A stretch of 64,000 bases of DNA from an uncultured Gemmatimonadaceae bacterium. Lineage in GTDB: Bacteria; Gemmatimonadota; Gemmatimonadetes; Gemmatimonadales; Gemmatimonadaceae. Positions 19,629 through 28,177 of this stretch are shown piece by piece (position 1 is the stretch's first letter; the number at the start of each line of letters is the position of its first letter). The notes under the pieces were generated by a model. The model made no database searches, had not been told where the DNA came from, and saw only the letters and a program-made list of their open reading frames with translations. A program made the translations under genes and the position numbers. The stretch is from NCBI GenBank assembly GCA_963781585.1, contig CAWAGQ010000008.1, forward strand, positions 96,001 through 160,000, given 5' to 3'.

Positions 19629-19991
19629 TCAGTCTCCCGGCGCTGACATCACGGCGCGCACCTTGTCCTGGATCATCGACGGAATGCCCATCGTGCCCAG
19701 CTCACGCGACAGCGAGTCGTACCACTTGACCTGCGTGCGGGCTCCGGCGGGTGATCCCACAAACATGCTGACCGCGTCCGTGAGGTCGAAGCCGCCCACG
19801 AGGGCACCGCCATCCCCCGGTGCCTTGTAGAACTTGATCTGCAGTCGCACGGCGCTGGGCGCCGCGGCCAGGAGTTCCGCCGGCACGCCCAGGCCCGCTC
19901 CCAGTGCCAGGGCCGCGGCCAGCCGGACGCTGTCACGTCGGGAGACGGCAGGAGCGTCGTCGCGCTTTGGTCCGATCTTCTCGTCAGGCAT
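19629..19991 (-). CDS. Small (120 aa) protein with twin-arginine signal
   Basis: GGAGG RBS; VSRRDSVRLAAALALGAGLG Tat-like leader; two Q[IV]K[FW]Y motifs. Confidence 0.7.
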   Translation of the reverse strand: MPDEKIGPKRDDAPAVSRRDSVRLAAALALGAGLGVPAELLAAAPSAVRLQIKFYKAPGDGGALVGGFDLTDAVSMFVGSPAGARTQVKWYDSLSRELGTMGIPSMIQDKVRAVMSAPGD

Positions 19992-20129
19992 GACCGCCTC
20001 CATGTGCGGGTTGCTGTGAAACGCCGTCGTGCGTCCCGGCCAGACGTCCAGGTCGTGCTCGCACCGCATCGTGACGCCCGCACCTGGGGGGCTGTGGAGC
20101 CCGCAATGAACGACTTCCCGTCCGTGGCG

Positions 20130-20969
20130 TCATGGCTTCTTCGCGCTGTCGGGGTCGGGAGGGCGGCGGGTGCGGTAGCCGTCGGCCGCCTTCGTCAGGA
20201 AGTAGTTCACCGCATCGTAGCCGGCAGTCGACTGGAACTCGGATGCGGCGTCACCCATCACCATGACCATCTGCTGGACGCTGGCCCGCTCATACTCTTC
20301 GAGCTTGGGAACGACGTTCGTCCTGAGGTATTCTCCGTAGGCGCTCAGCCAGGTCTGGAGCCTGCCCTCCGGACCCAGATATCCCATGCAGGCCTTGTCG
20401 TACTCCGTCTTCAGCTGCGCCAGCAGCGTGTCGTACTTCTTCTGATCGGCCGCATCCGGAAAATAGAACTCGGCTTCGGCGGGCTTCGACCTGGTATCGA
20501 TGAGCTGTTTTATCGCCTGCTGGACCGGTACCTGCGCCTTCTTGGTCGCCGCGCCGAACTCCTCCAGCAGTCCCTTGAATTCCTCATCCTTGTACACATC
20601 CTTCCCGCCAAAGAGTGATGTGATGTCCGCCGACGCGGTTTTCGCGGCCTGCATGGCCTTCATGGCCTCCTGCGGGTTCTTCATCATGTACGCTTGCATG
20701 TTCTGCGCCTTGGTGGCGCCATCTATTGAACCGAACCGCTCTCTGACGTCGCCGTTGATTTTCTCCTGCTTCGCTTCGTCCGCCTTGTTGGCCTCGATGG
20801 CCTTGTCCAACCGGTCGGCGATGTCGTTGGCCGGATCGCACGTCTTCGGAAGGTCCGGGACGACCCGCCACGGATCAGCCTTCGTCCCGGACTGCGCGCC
20901 GAGCGTGCCGTGCAGCAACGGCAGGGCGGCGAGCACACAGGTGGCGATGCGAGACGCGAGTCTTGTCAT
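20130..20969 (-). CDS. Secreted helical hypothetical protein
   Basis: GGAG RBS, signal peptide ending LGAQ, codon usage typical of the window. Confidence 0.75.
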   Translation of the reverse strand: MTRLASRIATCVLAALPLLHGTLGAQSGTKADPWRVVPDLPKTCDPANDIADRLDKAIEANKADEAKQEKINGDVRERFGSIDGATKAQNMQAYMMKNPQEAMKAMQAAKTASADITSLFGGKDVYKDEEFKGLLEEFGAATKKAQVPVQQAIKQLIDTRSKPAEAEFYFPDAADQKKYDTLLAQLKTEYDKACMGYLGPEGRLQTWLSAYGEYLRTNVVPKLEEYERASVQQMVMVMGDAASEFQSTAGYDAVNYFLTKAADGYRTRRPPDPDSAKKP

Positions 20970-21051
20970 GGTGATCCGCTCCGGGGTTGCCGCGCCAGCG
21001 GCGTCGGTGGATTGTTTCGATACTGCGCTCATTCGCTGCGGGGACTCCGGG

Positions 21052-22236
21052 TCACGACCCTGAATACCGCGCCCACGGAGCGGGCCAGAGGCGGCCATCG
21101 AGCCCGACCCCGACCACCTGGTATTCGTAGATCAGGCCGGGGGTTGGAATGGCGTCGACGAAGCCGGGGGTGGGTATCGGCCGCGGCGTGAGCTGCGTCA
21201 GATCAGCGGTCGTTCCGTCTGTTCGCACCGTTCGGCGCCACACGACGTAGCCGGCTACCGCCCAGGCGGCGCACCACGTGACGCCCACCTTGCCGCCGGC
21301 GCCGGCCGCGAGGACATTCCCGGGCGTCGTGTAGGCCGGGGTGAAATACGGGACGTTAGGCGACTTGACAGTCGACATGTCCGGCATCACTGCGGTGACC
21401 GTGTACCCGTACGGTGTCCCTGGCGCGGGGAGCGCGTCGGTGAACGTCAGCGCCGCGAGCGTCCCCTGCGTGAGCATCACTGCGGGGCCCAGTCTGCCCA
21501 TGGCATCGATTGGCGCCCGGGACAGTGAGTAGCCGACCGCGCCGGCGGTGGCCGTCCAGCTGAGCGTTGCCTTGTCGCCCGCGCCGACGACCGTCACCAC
21601 CGGCGGGGTCGCCGCTGCCGGAGCGGAGTAGCGCACCCAAGTCGACGGGTACGTCGCACCGGAGGGATCGGCGGAGACTACCTGATACTCGTAGGTCGTG
21701 CCCAGCGCCGGGAGTGCGTCGGCAAAACTGGTTGCCGCGATCGGCGCCGGCGTGCGTTGACTGAGATCGGCCACGCTGCCGTCGGTCTTCACGGTGCGCC
21801 GCCAGACGTTGTAGCCGGTCACGCTCATCGCCGCGGCCCACGAAACGGTCGCCTGGCTGCTGGCGCCGCTGACCGCGACGTTCGTGGCGGTCGTGAACGC
21901 CGGAGTCGCATACCGAACCGGCGCACTCGACACCGTCCCCGTCCGTGCTGTCGCGTCGATGCGGTATTCATAGAGTGCGGACGGCTTCGGCAGCACATCG
22001 GAGTACGTTCCAATGGTGAGCGTGGCGACCGACGCCCAGTCGGTCAGGCTCCGCACCATCCCTCTCGGATCGACGCTGATTTCGTGCCGCATCACTGCAT
22101 ACCGCGTCGGACCCGCGAGCTGACTCCAGCTGAGGGTGGCCTGGTTCGCGGTGCCGTTGACCGTGACGCTGATCGTGGGGGTCTGCGCCGCGAGGGGAGC
22201 GGCAAGGAAGGCCGCCAGCAGTACAGCGTGCGTCAT
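21052..22236 (-). CDS. Secreted protein with four tandem fibronectin type III-like repeats
   Basis: Four ~95-aa units with W...Y.V.R...F.D.LP.....YEY.V pattern; ATGA overlap with the OmpA-family gene. Confidence 0.75.
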   Translation of the reverse strand: MTHAVLLAAFLAAPLAAQTPTISVTVNGTANQATLSWSQLAGPTRYAVMRHEISVDPRGMVRSLTDWASVATLTIGTYSDVLPKPSALYEYRIDATARTGTVSSAPVRYATPAFTTATNVAVSGASSQATVSWAAAMSVTGYNVWRRTVKTDGSVADLSQRTPAPIAATSFADALPALGTTYEYQVVSADPSGATYPSTWVRYSAPAAATPPVVTVVGAGDKATLSWTATAGAVGYSLSRAPIDAMGRLGPAVMLTQGTLAALTFTDALPAPGTPYGYTVTAVMPDMSTVKSPNVPYFTPAYTTPGNVLAAGAGGKVGVTWCAAWAVAGYVVWRRTVRTDGTTADLTQLTPRPIPTPGFVDAIPTPGLIYEYQVVGVGLDGRLWPAPWARYSGS

Positions 22237-23513
22237 TGCTTCACCACCTCCACCCGGCGATTCTGCGCCCGCCCCGCCGCCGTGGCATTCGGAACGGCCG
22301 GCTTGGTGTCGCCGAATCCCTTCGTCGTGATGCGGTCCGCGTCGGCGCCGAAGTCGGACACCAACGCCGTCTTCACCGCCGCGGCACGCGCGTCACTCAG
22401 TGTGAGATTGTTCGCCGCCGAGCCCACGTTGTCGGTATGCCCTTCGATCAGGATCTTCAGGTCCGCATGCTGCTTCATGGTCGCGGCGATCTCCTTCAGC
22501 ACCGGCCGCGATTCGGGCTCGAGGTCCGCCTTTCCGGTGGCGAACAGAATTCCCTGCGTCACCCACCGGCCCTTGGCCGTGAGCGCGTCGTACAGCACGT
22601 CGGTCTCGCTCTCGGCCACCCGGATGCTGGTGATGAACAGCGCCTGATCCTTCTCCTCGCTCCCGCCCAGCAGCACGCGGATGACGGTGTCGCGCTTGAA
22701 CTGGAGCTCGGGATTGTTGTAGAGGCGCTTTTCGTTCGTGTACATCTTGAAGTACGCGCTGTCCATCAGGATCCGGAGGTGGGCTACCTTGCCGTAGTAC
22801 TGCTCGGCCACTTCGGCCGGGGGATGCAGCTGGCTGGTGCTCATGTTCTGCCCGCCCCCGATGATGAACGCATTATGCGTATGCCAGTTGATTTCGGCCG
22901 AGTTCGGGCTCCGGTCCATCGCCACGCCGCCCTCCACGCTCACCAGCGGCGAGGTGCTCGGATAGACCGACGGGATGAGGACGTCGATCTCCAGGGTGAA
23001 CCGCTGGGGGAGTGTCCGCCCGAGCGGGATCAGGAGTGTCGAGGCTCCGATCGCCCGGAGCATCTTCACGTCATCGCGCTCCACCACGTCCATGGGGCCG
23101 CCCACGTACTTCAACCCGCGGGCGAAGTTCCCGACCTTGTCCTCGGAGAAGTCGGTGTAGAAGAGCACCTTGTTCCCGGGGACGAAGTCGTAGTTCTCCC
23201 AGATCTTCGGATCGGCCTTCGCCGCGGGTTGCGACCCGCCGGGGGTTGCCGCGGTGGGGGCCTGCCCGGACGGCGGCGCCTGTCCGGATGCCGGCGCCGC
23301 TCCTCCCGCCGCGGTAGGCTTCGCGGAATCGGCGGCGGCTTTCGCCTTGGCACTGTCGTCCGCGGACTTCTTGGCCGCGTCGTCGATCTTCTTCTTCGCG
23401 GCTTCGGCCTTCTTCTTCAGCGAACCGAGTCCCTGCGCGGAACCGGCGCCGGGAGATGCGACGGCGAACGCAATCGCCGCCAGACCGATTGCAGACCACC
23501 TCATGACGTGCAT
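22233..23513 (-). CDS. OmpA/MotB C-terminal domain protein (peptidoglycan-binding)
   Basis: ILFATGKADL, IEGHTDNVG, LSDARAAAV and GRAQNRRVE; N-terminal YDFVPGNKVLFYTDFS domain; signal peptide. Confidence 0.9.
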   Translation of the reverse strand: MHVMRWSAIGLAAIAFAVASPGAGSAQGLGSLKKKAEAAKKKIDDAAKKSADDSAKAKAAADSAKPTAAGGAAPASGQAPPSGQAPTAATPGGSQPAAKADPKIWENYDFVPGNKVLFYTDFSEDKVGNFARGLKYVGGPMDVVERDDVKMLRAIGASTLLIPLGRTLPQRFTLEIDVLIPSVYPSTSPLVSVEGGVAMDRSPNSAEINWHTHNAFIIGGGQNMSTSQLHPPAEVAEQYYGKVAHLRILMDSAYFKMYTNEKRLYNNPELQFKRDTVIRVLLGGSEEKDQALFITSIRVAESETDVLYDALTAKGRWVTQGILFATGKADLEPESRPVLKEIAATMKQHADLKILIEGHTDNVGSAANNLTLSDARAAAVKTALVSDFGADADRITTKGFGDTKPAVPNATAAGRAQNRRVEVVKQ

Positions 23514-23577
23514 CGCTTCCTCCTTGCACCAGTCCCGTCGGGTTGGAGCGATCCTGACCTGCGATTCTGAGCCGCGC

Positions 23578-24609
23578 TCACGGCCGTGCCCCCTCTCCCC
23601 TCAACCGCACCACCTGATTCCGCTTGAACTCCGCACCGCTTACCACCTTCGCCGTGGAGTACCGGGCCTCGACACTCTCGATCACCACCTCGCCCACCAG
23701 CTTGTCCGGTGAACCCAGGTTCCGGCCGGTCTCCGGATCGAGCAGCTCCGGCTGCGGATCGAAGATCTCGAGCGCCATGCCCGGCTGCATCCCGTAGCCC
23801 GCGCCGGCGTTCACGTACACCACGCCGTCACGGAAATCGATCACCCGGGCGCTCCACTTCATCTTCGGGACGCTGGCGATGATCCCGGCGACCGACTTCT
23901 GGATCGCCTCGCGCGAAGCCCTGCCTAACGGCGTGGACAGCGCCACCGAGCCGTCGTAGTGCTTCTCGTCCCTGGTGAGGTCGGCGGTCACGCCCTGCTG
24001 CGCTGCGCTGCCGTCCCCCTTGATCGACGCGATCACCTCGCCCGTCACCGCGTCGATCAGTCGCAGATCGATGCTCACCGACGCCGCAACGCGCTCAATG
24101 CCGGCGTCAAGTCCCTTGATCACGTTGGTGAGCTTCCCGCCGACCGCCGAGCGGTTGAAGGCGAAGCTCGTGATGTCACCGGAGATCAGCACCTGCGCGC
24201 CCATCAGCTTTCCCACTTCGGCCGCCGTCTCCTTGTTCACACGCCCCGAAGCGCCAAGGTCCTGCTCCTGCTGCACCTGCGACAGCGCCTGCCGCTCCAG
24301 CACGATGAAGCGGGAGGTCGCGACCAGCGACGTGGTGAGCGCCTCGGTCAGCGAGCGCGCGAATTCCGCTGGCGCCGGAATCGCGATCGTGGTCTGAGTG
24401 GTCTGCTGGTATCCGCCGCCCGGCGCCATCCCCGGTTGCCCCATCTGCGTCATCTGTATCCGCAGGGCGGTCCCCGACAGGTCCATGACCGCGACCCGCA
24501 GCCGCGGCGTGACCATCGGCGCCGTCGGCGTCGCTGGCACTTGCGCGTTGCCGCTAGCGGGTGGCGCCAGCATCGTCACCAGGGCGAGACCGCGCAGGAC
24601 ATGCCTCAC
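23578..24609 (-). CDS. CsgG/HfaB family protein with FlgT-C-like C-terminal domain
   Basis: RFIVLERQALSQVQQEQDLGASG...GKLMGAQVLISGDITSF and IDLRLIDAVTGEVI; GTGA overlap with the upstream gene. Confidence 0.85.
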   Translation of the reverse strand: MRHVLRGLALVTMLAPPASGNAQVPATPTAPMVTPRLRVAVMDLSGTALRIQMTQMGQPGMAPGGGYQQTTQTTIAIPAPAEFARSLTEALTTSLVATSRFIVLERQALSQVQQEQDLGASGRVNKETAAEVGKLMGAQVLISGDITSFAFNRSAVGGKLTNVIKGLDAGIERVAASVSIDLRLIDAVTGEVIASIKGDGSAAQQGVTADLTRDEKHYDGSVALSTPLGRASREAIQKSVAGIIASVPKMKWSARVIDFRDGVVYVNAGAGYGMQPGMALEIFDPQPELLDPETGRNLGSPDKLVGEVVIESVEARYSTAKVVSGAEFKRNQVVRLRGEGARP

Positions 24610-25070
24610 GGAATCGTCCTCTCCGCATAGTTGTTTCCCGGTACCGGGTCCGGCGTGCTGCTGTACGTGAACACGCCGAAGCGCTTGCGCAGGCCATCGG
24701 CCGGGAGCGTGGTAGAGACGGCGACCTCGCGGAATCCGCCATTGGGAATGGCACCGAGGTCGCACAGTACCGTGGCGCGTAACGCGGGGACCATGGACGG
24801 ACCGGCCGAGGCCGCGCACCCGGGTCCGAGGCGCTCGATGTCGACGCCCACCGGGAGCAGAAACAGGAGACGCGCATCGCGGGCGTCGTCCTTGTTCTCC
24901 GTATAGATGATCACGCGCGCGCTCATGTTCGTGCGCGTCCGTGTCACCTCGAGTGTGCGGATCTGGATGTCGGCCTGCCACAACTGCGACTGCGGCATGC
25001 CCGACGGCAGGCCGGCACCGAGGGCGACCAGCAGGAGCCCCAGGGCAGTGAAGGTGCGTGCGACTCTCAT
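24606..25070 (-). CDS. Secreted DUF11-like Ig-fold protein
   Basis: Signal peptide; ADIQI, CDLGAIPNG and STPDPVPGNNYA resemble DUF11 repeats. Confidence 0.6.
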   Translation of the reverse strand: MRVARTFTALGLLLVALGAGLPSGMPQSQLWQADIQIRTLEVTRTRTNMSARVIIYTENKDDARDARLLFLLPVGVDIERLGPGCAASAGPSMVPALRATVLCDLGAIPNGGFREVAVSTTLPADGLRKRFGVFTYSSTPDPVPGNNYAERTIP

Positions 25071-25078
25071 GGCGGGCG

Positions 25079-25131
25079 ATCTTAGCCTGCGCCTGTCAGC
25101 CGCGCGTCCGGCCTGCGTCAGTGCGGCGTCA
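25079..25131 (-). promoter_or_regulatory. Activator-dependent promoter: four 11-bp-phased direct repeats plus -10 TAAGAT, probably leaderless
   Basis: Minus strand TGACG-N6-TGACG-N6-GGACG-N6-TGACA-N9-TAAGAT-N8-ATG (start codon at 25070). Confidence 0.65.
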
Positions 25132-25222
25132 ACCCCCTCGTGCTAATCGAGTTGGATAGTCGAGACCCCGCGGCGACCACTCCAGTGTCTTCGTCGATCT
25201 GATGGCGCCTGGCCTCGCCGCG

Positions 25223-26392
25223 TCAGTCGCAGTCGAGCGACGGATCGATCTCGCACGCGAGCGGCGACGCATCCCCGGTTGCTGCCCGACGAGGCTCGGT
25301 CGTCACATGAAGCGTCTCGTCCGCCGAGAGCAGATAGTGGCGGTAGTGCGCCATCGCCGTGATCTCGAATCGGCCAGGCGAGAGGAGCGTGTAGCTCATC
25401 GCGGTGGGAAGCGACCATGGCTGCGGGGCGCCGGCCGGCTCCTTGAGATTCACCTCCAACAGACTCCCGCCGTCTTCTGCCGGAGTGCCAGACACGCGAA
25501 TCCGCAGGTCCGGACATGACCGGCGCACTTCGCTTCGCTGAGGCAGGTAGCGCCAGCCCACGTCGACCTCCTGGAGGGACGCCCCCGCCGCGAGGAGACA
25601 GGCGCGCATCCGCTTCATCGCGGGAATCGGGGTTCGGGCAACGCGTGACGGCGCCGAAGCTGAATCCCGGATGCGAAGCAGGTCCCGGCTGTCCAGTTCG
25701 AGGATCGGGCCCGCGCGATTCAGCAGCGGTTCGGGGCGCAACGTGATCAGAAACCCCGGGCCGCCCCAGCGCGACGGGACGTTCGCCGCCGACAGAGTCC
25801 ATCGCCATCCCTTGTCGGCCTCGCGGTGAAAGCGCAGCGGCCACTTTGCGTCGATGTCGCGCGCGTCCCGTCTGAAGCCGCGACAGACATCCGGCTCCGT
25901 CAACTCCATCGCGCCGGGAACGCGACTGCCCGATCCTTCTGCCAACTGCGGTCCGACGCACGTCTCCTCGAACTGCTGCGCTCGAAAGATCGCGGTCTCG
26001 ATGCTGAGCGGTTCATCGCGCCAGGCCGCGAGCCAGGCGCGCTCTTCCTGCGCGTGGCGGCGCGCCATGCGGAGCGGCGCGGTGACCCGCAGAAGGTAGA
26101 ACTGCAACGGCTCCCACCACACCCTGGTGAAGACCCCGCGCTCCGGAAACGTCGCAAGCATCATGACACCGAAGAAGCCGATACTCACCGCGCGTGTGCG
26201 CGGAAGGAGGAGCATCACCGCCGCGACTGCCAACGTGGTCACCACGAAGCCACGCGCCGGCGGTGGGTTGGGCGGCATTCCGGGCATCAGCAGGAGCGTC
26301 AGGCCGAAGCAGGTGACCGCGCCGAGCACGAGGCCAAACGGCCTGGCGAGCAGGAACGTCCACGCCGCGCGGACGACACCTGCGAGACTCAT
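25223..26392 (-). CDS. Hypothetical membrane protein, tandem paralog B (389 aa)
   Basis: Three N-terminal TM helices; shares GWRWTLSA.N.PSRWGGPGFLI..RPEPLL.RAGPILELD and LACEIDP with its neighbour. Confidence 0.7.
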   Translation of the reverse strand: MSLAGVVRAAWTFLLARPFGLVLGAVTCFGLTLLLMPGMPPNPPPARGFVVTTLAVAAVMLLLPRTRAVSIGFFGVMMLATFPERGVFTRVWWEPLQFYLLRVTAPLRMARRHAQEERAWLAAWRDEPLSIETAIFRAQQFEETCVGPQLAEGSGSRVPGAMELTEPDVCRGFRRDARDIDAKWPLRFHREADKGWRWTLSAANVPSRWGGPGFLITLRPEPLLNRAGPILELDSRDLLRIRDSASAPSRVARTPIPAMKRMRACLLAAGASLQEVDVGWRYLPQRSEVRRSCPDLRIRVSGTPAEDGGSLLEVNLKEPAGAPQPWSLPTAMSYTLLSPGRFEITAMAHYRHYLLSADETLHVTTEPRRAATGDASPLACEIDPSLDCD

Positions 26393-26426
26393 GTCGATAC
26401 GGGAGCAATCCCCCGATGCGGGTTCA

Positions 26427-27596
26427 TCACTCGCAGTTGATCTTCGGATCGATCTCGCACGCGAGCGGCGGTGTATCCGTCGTCCGTGCCGGACGATCTT
26501 CGGTGGTGACGTGCAGGGTGCTGTCCGCCGCCAACAGATATCGCCGAAAGTGCTCGGCGCCGTGCAACTCGAAGAGTCCTGGGCCGAGGACGGTGCAGCC
26601 CATCGAAATGGGCCGGGACCAGACCTGCGCCGATCCATCCGGCTCCTTGAAGCTCACCTGGAGTTCCTGGGTGCCCTCGCGCTCCACGGTGCCTGATACG
26701 GTGATGCTCACATCACGGCACGCACGACGTGTTTCGGTGGCGTTCGGCAGGTTCGTCCAGCGTTGCAGATCGTCCGGAATCATCGCTCCGGCCGCAAGCA
26801 GGCATTCGCGCACTCGCTGCATGGCGGGAATCGGCGTGCGTGCGATGCGCCACGGCGCGGAAGACGAATCGCTGATGCGGAGCAGGTCCTGTCCGTCGAG
26901 TTCGAGGATCGGACCGGCCCGGCCGAGGAGCGGCTCGGGCCGGAAGGAGATCAGGAAACCCGGGCCGCCCCAGCGCGACGGCGTGTTCGAGGCAGACAGC
27001 GTCCAGCGCCACCCCTGGTCGCCCCGCTCGCTGAATCGATGCGGCCAGACCATGGGGATGTCGAGCGCATCGTTCCGGAAGCCGCGGTAGTCGTCGGGCT
27101 CGGTGAGCTCCATCGCCGAAGGCACGCCGGGCTGGGTCCGCTGCGCGAGTACCTTGCGTACCACGTCGGATTGCAGCTGGCGCGCCCGGAAGATCCCGGC
27201 GTCGATCGGGAGCGGGGTGTCGCGCCAGCGGGCAAGCCACGCGCGCTGTTCGCGCGAACGCCGCATGGACATCCGGATGGGGGCGGTTGCCACGCCAACG
27301 TAGTGTGCAACCGGCTCTACCCAGATGCGGGTATAGAAGCCGCGTTGGGGAATGGTGGCGATGACCAACGCCCCCAGAAAGCCGAGCGCGAACGCGCGCA
27401 CGAACGGCACGACCAGCAGCGCCGCGACCACGAGCAGCATCGTGAAGATGACGCTGCGTTTGACCCCGTTGCCACCGCTGTCGAACACGTACAGCAGTGG
27501 CGTGAGCACGGCGAACACGAGACCGCCGGCCACGAGGACCGGGCTCCAGTGAAAGAGCCATACCAACGCCAGCTCGAAGACGGACTTGGGCCGCAT
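26427..27596 (-). CDS. Hypothetical membrane protein, tandem paralog A (389 aa)
   Basis: Same architecture and conserved blocks as 25223-26392. Confidence 0.7.
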   Translation of the reverse strand: MRPKSVFELALVWLFHWSPVLVAGGLVFAVLTPLLYVFDSGGNGVKRSVIFTMLLVVAALLVVPFVRAFALGFLGALVIATIPQRGFYTRIWVEPVAHYVGVATAPIRMSMRRSREQRAWLARWRDTPLPIDAGIFRARQLQSDVVRKVLAQRTQPGVPSAMELTEPDDYRGFRNDALDIPMVWPHRFSERGDQGWRWTLSASNTPSRWGGPGFLISFRPEPLLGRAGPILELDGQDLLRISDSSSAPWRIARTPIPAMQRVRECLLAAGAMIPDDLQRWTNLPNATETRRACRDVSITVSGTVEREGTQELQVSFKEPDGSAQVWSRPISMGCTVLGPGLFELHGAEHFRRYLLAADSTLHVTTEDRPARTTDTPPLACEIDPKINCE

Positions 27597-27737
27597 GGGG
27601 ACAGGAATGAGGTCGTTGTGAGAGACTGGTGGCGCCGTCGCTCCGCAACGCAAACCACGCGACATCGGCCACTGACGTCGGCCACGTCCGATGCTCGATC
27701 GTGCCGGTGCCGGCGCCGCCGGCGTTCGTACGTGACC

Positions 27738-28163
27738 CTATGGGTAGAGGCAGGCGGGCCAGGTCGTCCGTACGCCTCGCCTCAGAGAGAATGGCCCGAA
27801 GGACGTCGCGAGGGACGGCACCGTAACCGTGATCGTCATCTCGCTCGCCAGGACCGTGCCCGAGTACGTCGCGGCGTAGGACACCCGGCCCGGATAGACG
27901 CCGGTGAGTTGTGTGTAGGTGCCGGACAGCTGGAAATGGCCCGATGGGATCGGGACGGGGACGTCACCGTAGGAGCCGTAACAACCGCCACTCGCCAGGA
28001 TCTGCAGGACCGCGCCGTCACCGGTGACGCTGAGGCTCGCCTGTTGCGATCCCCAGACTCCCGCAGCACTGGGCGACGTCGGGGAACAGGACGCGGAGCT
28101 CAAGAGCACAACGCACGGCCACAGTGACATCGCGATCGCACGCACGCGCCGGACGCGGAGCAT
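27738..28163 (-). CDS. Small hypothetical lipoprotein
   Basis: Lipobox-like SSASC; GVWGSQQASLSV; beta-rich with paired Cys. Confidence 0.55.
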   Translation of the reverse strand: MLRVRRVRAIAMSLWPCVVLLSSASCSPTSPSAAGVWGSQQASLSVTGDGAVLQILASGGCYGSYGDVPVPIPSGHFQLSGTYTQLTGVYPGRVSYAATYSGTVLASEMTITVTVPSLATSFGPFSLRRGVRTTWPACLYP

Positions 28164-28177
28164 CGCCCAGCCTGTCG

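Noticed and set aside
23578..24609. Calling this a curli (csg) operon
   Set aside because: No curlin-repeat CsgA/B or CsgE/F-like genes were recognised; only the CsgG-like domain is supported.
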